Virus record (IMG/VR): IMGVR_UViG_3300030099_006646
Coordinates: 64,001 to 128,000 of that record
Length of the DNA stretch: 64,000 bases
From: a virus
Direction: 5' to 3' (one strand)
Shown here: piece by piece, positions 1 to 8,820 of the stretch
How the letters are laid out: each line of letters starts with the position of its first letter
Numbering within the stretch: the first letter of the stretch is position 1
Made by a program: the position numbers and the translations under genes
The notes under the pieces: model-generated
The model's database searches: none
What the model saw: the letters and a program-made list of their open reading frames with translations, nothing else
Told to the model about the DNA's origin: nothing

Positions 1-49
1 AGGACTTCAAAAAAAGAAAGGAAAACGCTTCTTTTGTAGAGGATAAATT

Positions 50-56
50 CTATTTA
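50..56 (+). promoter_or_regulatory. putative late promoter element CTATTTA
   Basis: Exact CTATTTA, intergenic, upstream of virion gene at 101; same motif recurs before most structural genes. Confidence 0.55.
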
Positions 57-100
57 CTTATGGAAAAGACGCTTGGTCTTTAGCAAGGGAGACATTAAAA

Positions 101-883
101 ATGACGAAAGTAGATGGAAACGTCACTATTCGAGGCGATGTAAAGCTTCAGTATAGAAGTGATATTTATTCACCACCACCAGTAACATACTTAAGAATGA
201 ACGAAGGGACAGGCACAACAGCCGCAGATTCTTCAAACGCAGGTAATGGTTTTGATGGAACGCTAGGAGGCACCGCTTCTTGGTCCACCGAATTCAAGAA
301 TGGTCCTTACGCTGTTGAGTTTGATGGCGACTCTGATTACATTGATATGGGAAATAATACAGCCCTAGCCCCATCTACTGCTTTCAGTATTTCTTACTGG
401 GTAAGAGCGAACTCTTTCACAGGATACACCAGAATGGTTTCTAAATACCCAACTGGTGGAAGTTCACCCTCTTACTCTTACGCTATCTTGACAGGAAACG
501 GCACAGGTCAAGTTAGATTTATTCTTATGCAAGCATCCAACACAGGTTCTGGTACAGTCTTAATGACTAATAGCGCTGAACTATCTGTTGATACTTGGCA
601 CCATGTTGTATGCACTTATTCAGGTGCTGATAGAAGAATGCGTATTTATGTTGACGGAGCCCTAAAAACTTCCACACTTACAGGAACAGTTCCTACTTCT
701 ATAAACCAAGGCACAGCAAAGTTGTCTTTGGCGGCAAATCTTGCTGGTTCTGTTGGAGCACGTCAGTATTTTAATGGCTACATGGACGAGTTCTCTATTT
801 GGGATGTAGAACTAACAGCAGATCAGATTTCTTATGTTTACGGCAACGGCGTCCCACCAGATCTTTCTGTCGGAATTCCATAG
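101..883 (+). CDS. LamG/concanavalin A-like lectin domain virion protein
   Basis: YLRMNEGTGT, FDGDSDYI, FSISYWV, WHHVVCTY, IYVDG, FNGYMDEFSIW typical of Laminin_G_3; SD GGGAG. Confidence 0.85.
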   Translation: MTKVDGNVTIRGDVKLQYRSDIYSPPPVTYLRMNEGTGTTAADSSNAGNGFDGTLGGTASWSTEFKNGPYAVEFDGDSDYIDMGNNTALAPSTAFSISYWVRANSFTGYTRMVSKYPTGGSSPSYSYAILTGNGTGQVRFILMQASNTGSGTVLMTNSAELSVDTWHHVVCTYSGADRRMRIYVDGALKTSTLTGTVPTSINQGTAKLSLAANLAGSVGARQYFNGYMDEFSIWDVELTADQISYVYGNGVPPDLSVGIP

Positions 884-898
884 GAGAAAATAAAAAAA

Positions 899-1699
899 AT
901 GTCTCAAATAGATGGAAATATTCTAGTTCAAGGAAGCACAAGTACTCAATATCAAAGTGATATCTATACACCGCCACCCGTAGTTTATTTAAGAATGAAC
1001 GAAGGATCAGGTACAACAGCCGCAGATTCTTCAAACGCTGGAAATAATCTTGACGGAACTTTAGGAGGAAATGCCTCTTGGACATCTACTAAGTATAAAA
1101 ACGGACCTTATGCCGTAGAATTTGATGGTAACGCCGATTATATTGACTTGGGAACCAGCACCACGCTCAAACCTAATACTGCTATGAGTATATCAGCGTG
1201 GGTATATTCAGAGGATTTTGGTAGTGATTTTAAATATATAATTGCTGCATGGCCAGGACAAGGTGCTGCTTCTAATTATTCTTTTTTCCTTGGTCACGGC
1301 GGCTCAGGCGAGGGGAATGGAAAAATAGGGTGGGGAGTTATGAAGCATCCTGCTGGAGGTACGGGCGTTTGGCTTCAAACTGATGATGTGGTAATCACTT
1401 TAAATCAGTGGCACCACGTTGCAGTAACATATTCTGGTGCAAATAATAGAATGCGTATCTATATCGACGGCGCTTTAAAAGACGCTACTCACTTGAGAAA
1501 TGCTGTTCCCTCACAGATTAGCCAAGGAAGCCATAACGTAGCAATTGGATACAACTATAACGGTTCCCCTTCTTATCCTTATTCTTGGGATGGTGCTATA
1601 GATGAACTTTCAATGTGGGATGTAGAGCTTACAGCGAACCAAGTTTCTTATTTATATGGAAACGGAGTTCCTCCTAATGTTTCTGTTGGAATTCCATAG
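899..1699 (+). CDS. LamG domain virion protein, tandem paralog of 101..883
   Basis: Same LamG motifs (WHHVAVTY, IYIDG, GAIDELSMW); near-identical N- and C-termini to the previous gene; SD AGGAG. Confidence 0.85.
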   Translation: MSQIDGNILVQGSTSTQYQSDIYTPPPVVYLRMNEGSGTTAADSSNAGNNLDGTLGGNASWTSTKYKNGPYAVEFDGNADYIDLGTSTTLKPNTAMSISAWVYSEDFGSDFKYIIAAWPGQGAASNYSFFLGHGGSGEGNGKIGWGVMKHPAGGTGVWLQTDDVVITLNQWHHVAVTYSGANNRMRIYIDGALKDATHLRNAVPSQISQGSHNVAIGYNYNGSPSYPYSWDGAIDELSMWDVELTANQVSYLYGNGVPPNVSVGIP

Positions 1700-1718
1700 G
1701 CTTTTAGAAATAAACTAA

Positions 1719-1725
1719 CTATTTA
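1719..1725 (+). promoter_or_regulatory. putative late promoter element CTATTTA
   Basis: AACTATTTATA upstream of 1745. Confidence 0.6.
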
Positions 1726-1744
1726 TAGAATACGGAGAGTTTCT

Positions 1745-1963
1745 ATGAAAATCACAAAGACAAGACTAAAAGAAATCATTAAAGAAGAAGTTCAGAAAAT
1801 CCTTGAAGCAAAGCACAAAGACGAAGAGGTCTCTGGTGTTAAAGTTGTTGAGGAAGAAGAAGAACTTGACGAAATGTCTGCGATGTCAACTGGAGCAGTC
1901 GCAACCTCGTCTAAAAAAGAACCTCTCGAAGAAGAAGACGGTTTTTACGAGCCCCACATTTGA
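1745..1963 (+). CDS. small acidic protein with MKITK..LKEIIKEE leader (putative internal head protein)
   Basis: SD GGAG; N-terminal 21 aa nearly identical to the 54277 protein; frame stays open 28 codons past the TGA. Confidence 0.7.
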   Translation: MKITKTRLKEIIKEEVQKILEAKHKDEEVSGVKVVEEEEELDEMSAMSTGAVATSSKKEPLEEEDGFYEPHI

Positions 1964-2058
1964 CCCGACGAACTTAAATGGCCAGGTGGGTCAGAAGTCG
2001 TAAAAAAACAAAAAGCTCGCAAAAAAGCCAATCAGAAAAAACCTGAATAACTTTATCC

Positions 2059-2086
2059 TTGAATAACTACAAATAGTGTTTATAAT
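2059..2086 (+). promoter_or_regulatory. sigma70-like early/middle promoter (probably leaderless mRNA)
   Basis: TTGAAT-N16-TATAAT with ATG 6 nt downstream and no SD. Confidence 0.65.
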
Positions 2087-2092
2087 AAACGA

Positions 2093-5000
2093 ATGAAGAT
2101 TGCACACATTTCTGACATTCACATTCGCAACTATCGCTATCACTATGAATACGAACAGGTCTTTGAGCAACTCTACGCAAAGCTAGAGGAACTAAAGCCT
2201 GATCTTATCGTAAACACAGGCGATACTGCTCATACTAAACTTAACCTTAGCCCGTCTTATTTTGATATGGCGGTTAGAATGTTTGAGAGGCTAGCTGACA
2301 TTGCCCCTTATCATATTATCTTGGGGAACCACGATCTAAACCTTCGTAATCTCTCCAAGATAGATGCCGTTTCCCCCCTTGTTGCGGCATTGGACCACCC
2401 TAACATTCACTTTCACAAATATTCTGCGGAAGTGGACATAGGCAATAACTTTTGTTTTCATGTCCTATCCATTGTAGACGAAGAAAATTGGACACTCCCA
2501 ACAGACATGGATAAAGTACATATCGCTCTTTTTCACGGCTCTGTTGCTGGTGTTCAAACTTCTACTGGCTGGACAATGACTCACGGTGACATTAACTTAG
2601 ATCGCCTTACAGAATACGATTATGCTCTTCTTGGCGATATTCACAAGCCTAATCAACCCTTAGATAAAGAAGGGCGTATTCGCTATGCTGGTTCTCTTGT
2701 GCAACAAAACTTTGGAGAATCAGAAGAAAAAGGATTTCTTCTTTGGGACATTAAAGATGCTGATACTTTTAAAGTAAAACACTACGCATTAGAAAACCCA
2801 AAGCCCTTTGTCACTATCAACCTTACAAAGAAAGGCAAGATACCAGCAAAAGCAAAGATCCCAGAAGGGTGCCGGTTACGTCTTGTAACAGAAGTTAATC
2901 TTCCTATGGACATAATCAAGCGAACGATTGAACTTGCGAAGACAAAGTATAAACCAGAGACAATCAATTTTCATTCTAAAGTTGTCGGCAACAGAAAAGG
3001 AGGAGACGACGCATCTAATACAGTCTTTAAAGACGATTTGCGAAGTGTAGAAGTTCAAGAAGGTCTTATACAAGATTATTTAAAAGACTATGAACTTGAA
3101 GAAGAAACACTGCAACAAATCTTCGCTTTAAACCAGAAGTATAATAAACTCGTTACAGAAGAAGAAGAGGTAAGTCGCAACGTTCACTGGTCTGTGAAGA
3201 GTCTTGAGTGGGACAATCTTTTTAACTATGGAGAAGCAAATACTATTGATTTCAATAATCTAGAAGGAACAGTAGGTATTTTTGGCAAGAATTTTTCTGG
3301 TAAATCTTCTATTGTTGATTCATTCCTTTATACTTTGTTCAACACAACCTCCAAGAATGAAAGGAAAAACCTCAACATTATTAACCAGAATAAAGAAAAC
3401 GGAAGAGGAAGCGTCAGTATTGATATTGGAACTGACACTTATCATGTTGAAAGAACAAGCGAGAAATACGAAAAGAAACTTAAAGGCAACATTACAACAG
3501 AAGCCAAGACAAATATTGAGTTCTACAAGGTAGATAACATTACAGGCGAAGAAACACCTCTTAATGGTGATACAAGAGCGCAAACAGACAAAAACATTCG
3601 TTCTGTCTTTGGTTCAATAGAAGACTTTCTTTTAACTTCTATGGGTTCTCAGTTAGAGTCTCTTGCTTACATTAACGAAGGCTCGACAAAGCGTAAAGAA
3701 ATTCTTGCTAAGTTTCTTGACTTGGAAGTCTTTGAGAAGAAGTTTAAAAAAGCAAAAGACGACGCTGCTGATTTGAGGGTTGCTCTCAAAAAGATGAAGG
3801 ATAGAGATTTTGTAACAGAACTTAAAGAAAAAAGAAAAGAACTTGCTTTAAGCGAAACAAAGATTGATATCAAAAAAAGAGAAAATGAAGACCTTAAAGA
3901 ACTTACATTAGGATTTAGAGAAAACATATTAGCTTTAGAAACAAAGATTAACTCTATACCAGATGAAATAATCGAAATCCAAGAAGTCTTAGAAGAAATA
4001 AAAGAAAAGAAAGAAGAACTTGACAGCATTTCAAACAAAGAAAAAGATTATATGGATGAAATTGCTGAAAAGCTTGAGTTTGTAAAGAAGTTTGAAAACT
4101 TCCAAAAAGTATTTGATATTGATGATGCTTTAAAAAACAAAGAGTTTGGCGAAGATATGATCTCAGAGCTTGATAGTTTTTCAAGAGATATTGAAGTTTT
4201 GGAAATAAAGTTCAACAATCAGTCCAAAAAAGCATCTCTTTTAAATGAAGTCCCTTGTGGTCCAAAATATTCCTCATGCAAGTTTATTAAAGACGCCTAT
4301 AACGCATCTTCTCAACTAGAGAATACCAAGGTGGCTTTAAATGAACTAAAGCTCTCAAAAGGGCAAAAACAAGCCGAATTAGATAACTTAGAACACGATA
4401 AGAATATTGAAAGAATCAACGGATATATAAAGGCAAAAGAGAAAAAGAACAAATATGAAAAACAAGTTAAAGATATTAGATTAGATATTGAACGGAACAA
4501 GATAAAATCCCTACAGATCAATAATGATCTTAATAACTTAATAGAAAAAAGAGAAGAATACGAAGAGAACAAGGATGCTATTGAAAACCTTCAATTTCTT
4601 GTAAAGGAAAAGAAGAAGCTGAAACATATCGTCTCAACAAATGAGATTGCAGTAGAAAAAGCATCAGAAGATCTTCTTGATCTTTACAAAGCAAATGGCT
4701 CTCTAGAACAACAATACAAACAAATTGAACTTGAGCAGAAAGAACATGATACTTTAAACAAGAGCTTTTCAACTTACGACTTGTATATGAAGTGTGTCCA
4801 TTCAAACGGCATTGCATATGACTTAATCAAGCAAAGCCTACCTATTCTTAACCAAGAAATACAAAAGATTTTATCTAATGTGGTTGAGTTTGAGGTTATG
4901 TTTGAGAATGACGACAACAAACTTGACATTTTGATCAAACACCCTAAGTATGAGGCACGACCCATTGAGATGGGCTCAGGCGCAGAGAAGACAATCGCAG

Positions 5001-5245
5001 CAATGGCTATTCGTTTAGCTCTTTTAAATGTTTCTACCTTGCCAAAAGGAGATGTATTTATCCTTGACGAACCAGGAACAGCCCTTGATGAAGAAAATAT
5101 GGAAGGATTTATTCGCATTTTGGATATAATTAAAAGCGAGTTTAAAACAATCTTTCTTATTTCACACTTAGAAGTCTTAAAAGATATTGTAGATAAGCAA
5201 ATAATCATTAACAAAGAAGATGGTTATGCTAAAGTAAACGAATAA
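2093..5245 (+). CDS. fused SbcD/Mre11-like nuclease + SbcC/Rad50-like ATPase (T4 gp47-gp46 type)
   Basis: Phosphoesterase motifs HISDIH, TGD, GNHD, GDIH; Walker A GKNFSGKSS, coiled coil with Cys hook, signature GSGAE, Walker B ILDEP, ISH. Confidence 0.92.
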   Translation: MKIAHISDIHIRNYRYHYEYEQVFEQLYAKLEELKPDLIVNTGDTAHTKLNLSPSYFDMAVRMFERLADIAPYHIILGNHDLNLRNLSKIDAVSPLVAALDHPNIHFHKYSAEVDIGNNFCFHVLSIVDEENWTLPTDMDKVHIALFHGSVAGVQTSTGWTMTHGDINLDRLTEYDYALLGDIHKPNQPLDKEGRIRYAGSLVQQNFGESEEKGFLLWDIKDADTFKVKHYALENPKPFVTINLTKKGKIPAKAKIPEGCRLRLVTEVNLPMDIIKRTIELAKTKYKPETINFHSKVVGNRKGGDDASNTVFKDDLRSVEVQEGLIQDYLKDYELEEETLQQIFALNQKYNKLVTEEEEVSRNVHWSVKSLEWDNLFNYGEANTIDFNNLEGTVGIFGKNFSGKSSIVDSFLYTLFNTTSKNERKNLNIINQNKENGRGSVSIDIGTDTYHVERTSEKYEKKLKGNITTEAKTNIEFYKVDNITGEETPLNGDTRAQTDKNIRSVFGSIEDFLLTSMGSQLESLAYINEGSTKRKEILAKFLDLEVFEKKFKKAKDDAADLRVALKKMKDRDFVTELKEKRKELALSETKIDIKKRENEDLKELTLGFRENILALETKINSIPDEIIEIQEVLEEIKEKKEELDSISNKEKDYMDEIAEKLEFVKKFENFQKVFDIDDALKNKEFGEDMISELDSFSRDIEVLEIKFNNQSKKASLLNEVPCGPKYSSCKFIKDAYNASSQLENTKVALNELKLSKGQKQAELDNLEHDKNIERINGYIKAKEKKNKYEKQVKDIRLDIERNKIKSLQINNDLNNLIEKREEYEENKDAIENLQFLVKEKKKLKHIVSTNEIAVEKASEDLLDLYKANGSLEQQYKQIELEQKEHDTLNKSFSTYDLYMKCVHSNGIAYDLIKQSLPILNQEIQKILSNVVEFEVMFENDDNKLDILIKHPKYEARPIEMGSGAEKTIAAMAIRLALLNVSTLPKGDVFILDEPGTALDEENMEGFIRILDIIKSEFKTIFLISHLEVLKDIVDKQIIINKEDGYAKVNE

Positions 5246-5256
5246 AGGAGAAAAAA

Positions 5257-5451
5257 ATGGAAAAAATCAAAGCAGCTTTAGATAAAGCAGTAGAAAAAGT
5301 AATCAGCCGCAAGTTTCTTGCTTGGCTTACAGCGACAGGACTAGCAGGTTATGGCTTGTTAGAATCAAGTGACTGGGTTGCAGTCACAGTTATGTATATT
5401 GGTTCTCAAGCTCTTGTTGATTTAGCCACACAGTGGAAGCATGGGAAATAA
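5257..5451 (+). CDS. putative holin (small 2-TM protein)
   Basis: 64 aa, SRKF followed by two hydrophobic segments; SD AAGGAG. Confidence 0.5.
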   Translation: MEKIKAALDKAVEKVISRKFLAWLTATGLAGYGLLESSDWVAVTVMYIGSQALVDLATQWKHGK

Positions 5452-5842
5452 AACCATGTTAGCTTTAAAAAAAGCTTGGACATGGATAAAAAAGCACTGG
5501 TATGTTCCGGTGCTTTTTGTTTTAGTTATTGTTGGTAGCTTGTTTAGCTTCTCTAGGAACAAGAAATTGATTAAACTACTTGAGATTAATAAAGAAAGCT
5601 ATGAAAAACAAATCAAAGCCATAGAAGAAAGCCACGCAACCGAGCTTAAGAAAAGAGACGAGCTTTACGCTAAATATGTTGAAACAATGAAGAAGCTCAA
5701 CAAAGAGCATGAGATAGATTTAGATAATCTTTCCAAAGAAAAGAAAGAAAAAATGGACAATATGGTTAAGAAATACGAAGGAACACCAGAAGAACTTGCA
5801 AAAGAACTGGCAGAAATGTTTGGAGTTGATTATGTTGAGTAA
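5441..5842 (+). CDS. N-terminal TM + coiled-coil protein (i-spanin-like)
   Basis: TM WYVPVLFVLVIVGSLF then charged coiled coil; next to holin-like gene; start may be 5456. Confidence 0.45.
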   Translation: MGNKTMLALKKAWTWIKKHWYVPVLFVLVIVGSLFSFSRNKKLIKLLEINKESYEKQIKAIEESHATELKKRDELYAKYVETMKKLNKEHEIDLDNLSKEKKEKMDNMVKKYEGTPEELAKELAEMFGVDYVE

Positions 5843-6311
5843 ACTTCTATCCGTATTTCTATGTTGCTTATTGGCTTTTATGCCGACTGTCGTAATAGCT
5901 GGTGAGTCAGACCCAGATAACTCTATAAGTTCAAATGGAAGGGTGACTGTAATAGGTCAGGGCGAGAAAACTCCCTATGGGGGTCTTCTTTTTGATTTAA
6001 AGGCTTCTGTCAAACTAAAGTTAGATAAAGAATTTGCTTTAAAGAAATACCAACTAGAGCTAGACTTGCAGAAGAAGCTTATTACTTCTGAGTTTAAGTT
6101 AAAGCTTGATTTGCTTCAAGCAAAGCATGATGGATTAAAAGATAAACATACTGCTTTGTTGAAGATTAAAGATGAAGAGATAAATCGCCTACAAGAGTTA
6201 GTTAAAAAAAGCCCCAACGATTATAATCATTGGTGGTTTGTAGGAGGAATTATAGCAGGGTGTCTTCTTTCTATAGGAGTTTATTACGCTGCTATCAAAA
6301 TCGCAGAATGA
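5832..6311 (+). CDS. signal peptide + coiled coil + C-terminal TM protein (spanin-like)
   Basis: ATG 5832 with SD GGAG; hydrophobic N-terminus with Cys pair, C-terminal TM; overlaps neighbours. Confidence 0.45.
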   Translation: MLSKLLSVFLCCLLAFMPTVVIAGESDPDNSISSNGRVTVIGQGEKTPYGGLLFDLKASVKLKLDKEFALKKYQLELDLQKKLITSEFKLKLDLLQAKHDGLKDKHTALLKIKDEEINRLQELVKKSPNDYNHWWFVGGIIAGCLLSIGVYYAAIKIAE

Positions 6312-6706
6312 AAGATAAAGACCCACATTATGTTGTCAAGCTAGAGAAGGCGATTGCCGAGAAATACGGCAAAGAAGCAATCCAAAACCCCAAGTCTGGC
6401 TGGACACCCGAGAAAGAAAAAGAATACATTGAGCAAGTAAAGAAAATAAAAGAAAAGAGAAACCAAAAACAAGACGCCTCAGAAAAGGTTGAAACTAATG
6501 GGTTTTTGATTAATAAAAAACTACTTAATAGAGAACAAAAAAGAAACTGTCCTGTTTGCGAAAGTTATTCGCTAGAAATAAAAGATGATGTCTATATGAC
6601 AAAATTTGATTGTTGTTTTAGATGTTACATACAATATGTAGAAGATAGAGAAGAACGTTGGGAAACAGGATGGCGTCCAAACATAGGAGACAAAAACAAT
6701 GGCTAG
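6308..6706 (+). CDS. hypothetical protein with Zn-finger-like Cys motifs
   Basis: ATGA overlap start at 6308; CPVC and CCFRC. Confidence 0.65.
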   Translation: MKDKDPHYVVKLEKAIAEKYGKEAIQNPKSGWTPEKEKEYIEQVKKIKEKRNQKQDASEKVETNGFLINKKLLNREQKRNCPVCESYSLEIKDDVYMTKFDCCFRCYIQYVEDREERWETGWRPNIGDKNNG

Positions 6707-7223
6707 TAAAGAAGATTTAGAGGTAATCAGAGCAATCGGTCAGGCAGCAGCTAATGCTTATGACGGAGCTTTAAATGAAGAAGGCGAACCTATCGATATT
6801 GGTTTGGACAGAGAAAAAGGAAACCCTACTCTTAATAGTCGAATTGTAGATGGCTTTAAAATCAAGATGCTTGGAAAAAATCTTTGTGTTTCTTATCAGT
6901 CTGATGTGTTTTTAAAAGATGTACATGACAATGGCTTTGAAAATGATTTAGAAAGAAAAATGAATGATATATCCTCTTTTTTGAAAGAAGAGTTCAAAAA
7001 GATTACTAAAAAAGCTCTTAATCTTAAATCTCTTGGCGATGTAGACGCAAAAGTTCAACAAACTTCCCGTGTTAGAACTTTCGTTGTAGCCACTAAGATG
7101 TATGAAGTTGGCAACCTTTCTAGCGTTGATGCCGTGGAGGGAGAGACGAATATGAAAGGACTCAACAAGAGATTGGACGAGAACTTTCGCTCTTTCCTCG
7201 CAGAAGGTGCATGGAAGGCATAG
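6699..7223 (+). CDS. hypothetical protein upstream of terminase
   Basis: 174 aa ORF, SD AGGAG. Confidence 0.7.
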   Translation: MASKEDLEVIRAIGQAAANAYDGALNEEGEPIDIGLDREKGNPTLNSRIVDGFKIKMLGKNLCVSYQSDVFLKDVHDNGFENDLERKMNDISSFLKEEFKKITKKALNLKSLGDVDAKVQQTSRVRTFVVATKMYEVGNLSSVDAVEGETNMKGLNKRLDENFRSFLAEGAWKA

Positions 7224-7242
7224 TAGATAACTTATCTGAATA

Positions 7243-8817
7243 ATGTCTTATAAGCCAACAAAGAAAGAAATATTAGCAGAAATTGTTAAATCAGGGAAGG
7301 ACCCATCTTACTTTATTAACAACTATGCCAAAATCGCGCACCCTATGCGTGGATTGATTCCGTTTAAGTTGTACCCATTCCAGGATCAGCTTCTTTGTGA
7401 TTTTAATGACCACAGGTTTAATGTTATCTTAAAAGCAAGACAGCTCGGTATTTCAACTATTACCGCAGCATATATTGCTTGGATGATGATGTTCCACCGA
7501 GATAAAAATATCCTTGTTATTGCTACAAAGTTTGGGACCGCTGCCAATCTTGTAAAGAAAGTAAAAGCAATCATTAAGTATCTACCTTCTTGGATGAAGA
7601 TTGCCAATATTCATATTGACAATAGAACTTCTTTTGAGCTTTCTAATGGTTCTCAGATTAAAGCGTCTTCTACTTCTTCAGATGCTGGTCGTTCAGAAGC
7701 GCTTTCTCTCCTTGTTATTGACGAGGCAGCGCATGTTGATGGTCTTGACGACCTTTGGACTGGTCTATATTCTACTCTATCGACTGGTGGTCGATGTATT
7801 GCACTTTCAACCCCGAATGGCTGTGGAAACTGGTTTCATCAAACTTATATTGATGCCGCAGCAGAGAACAACGATTTTTTCCCCACAAAGTTAATGTGGG
7901 ACGTCCACCCAGAGCGCAATCAAGAATGGTTTGAAAAAGAAACAAGAAACATGTCTAGACGACAAGTTGCTCAAGAACTTGAATGCAATTTTAATATGTC
8001 TGGTGAGACTGTATTCCACCCTGACGACATGAGTTACATTGAACAAAGTGTAAAGCCTCCAAAATATAAAACTGCCTTTGACAGAAACTTTTGGATCTGG
8101 GAGGAATATCAAGAAGACTCCACTTATCTTATTTCAGCCGATGTCGCAAGAGGCGACGGAAAAGATTATTCTACATTTCATGTTATAAAAATTGAGACAA
8201 ATGAAGTTGTAGGAGAATACCAAGGAAAGTTAACACCAGACATTTTTTCTGGTATACTTTATGATGCTGGTAAGGAATATGGCGACTGCATGATTGTTGT
8301 GGAGAATATGGCTGCTGGACATACGGTATTGGATAAACTTGTGGAAAGAGAATATCCTAACATTTATTACTCTTACAAATCTACTCACGAGTATGTAGAT
8401 CAGGTAACTGCCGAGCATTCTAATAGTGCTATAGCAGGTTTTACAACCTCTAGCAAGACTAGACCTCTAATAATCGCAAAAATGGAAGAATTCATTAGAA
8501 ATAAACTACTTACGATATATTCGACAAGATTACTTGAGGAGATGAAAACATTCATTTGGCACAATGGTCGCCCGCAAGCTATGAGAAAGTATAATGATGA
8601 CTTGGTTATGGCTTGTGCGATAAGTTGCTGGGTGAGAGATACAGCTTTTGAAACAAACAAAAGAGAACTAGAATATAAAAAAGCATTTTTGGATTCTATG
8701 ATGACTACAAAAAAAGAAATCAATACAACAATCCCAGGAATGCAAGGATATAAAGCAATAAAAACACAGAATACGGTTAAACAATACAAAGATTATAATT
8801 GGCTTTTAAAAGGATAG
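7243..8817 (+). CDS. terL: terminase large subunit (T4 gp17-like)
   Basis: KARQLGIST Walker A, LLVIDEAAH Walker B, STPNG, nuclease SADVARGDGKDYS and NDDLVMA. Confidence 0.95.
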   Translation: MSYKPTKKEILAEIVKSGKDPSYFINNYAKIAHPMRGLIPFKLYPFQDQLLCDFNDHRFNVILKARQLGISTITAAYIAWMMMFHRDKNILVIATKFGTAANLVKKVKAIIKYLPSWMKIANIHIDNRTSFELSNGSQIKASSTSSDAGRSEALSLLVIDEAAHVDGLDDLWTGLYSTLSTGGRCIALSTPNGCGNWFHQTYIDAAAENNDFFPTKLMWDVHPERNQEWFEKETRNMSRRQVAQELECNFNMSGETVFHPDDMSYIEQSVKPPKYKTAFDRNFWIWEEYQEDSTYLISADVARGDGKDYSTFHVIKIETNEVVGEYQGKLTPDIFSGILYDAGKEYGDCMIVVENMAAGHTVLDKLVEREYPNIYYSYKSTHEYVDQVTAEHSNSAIAGFTTSSKTRPLIIAKMEEFIRNKLLTIYSTRLLEEMKTFIWHNGRPQAMRKYNDDLVMACAISCWVRDTAFETNKRELEYKKAFLDSMMTTKKEINTTIPGMQGYKAIKTQNTVKQYKDYNWLLKG

Positions 8818-8820
8818 TAA

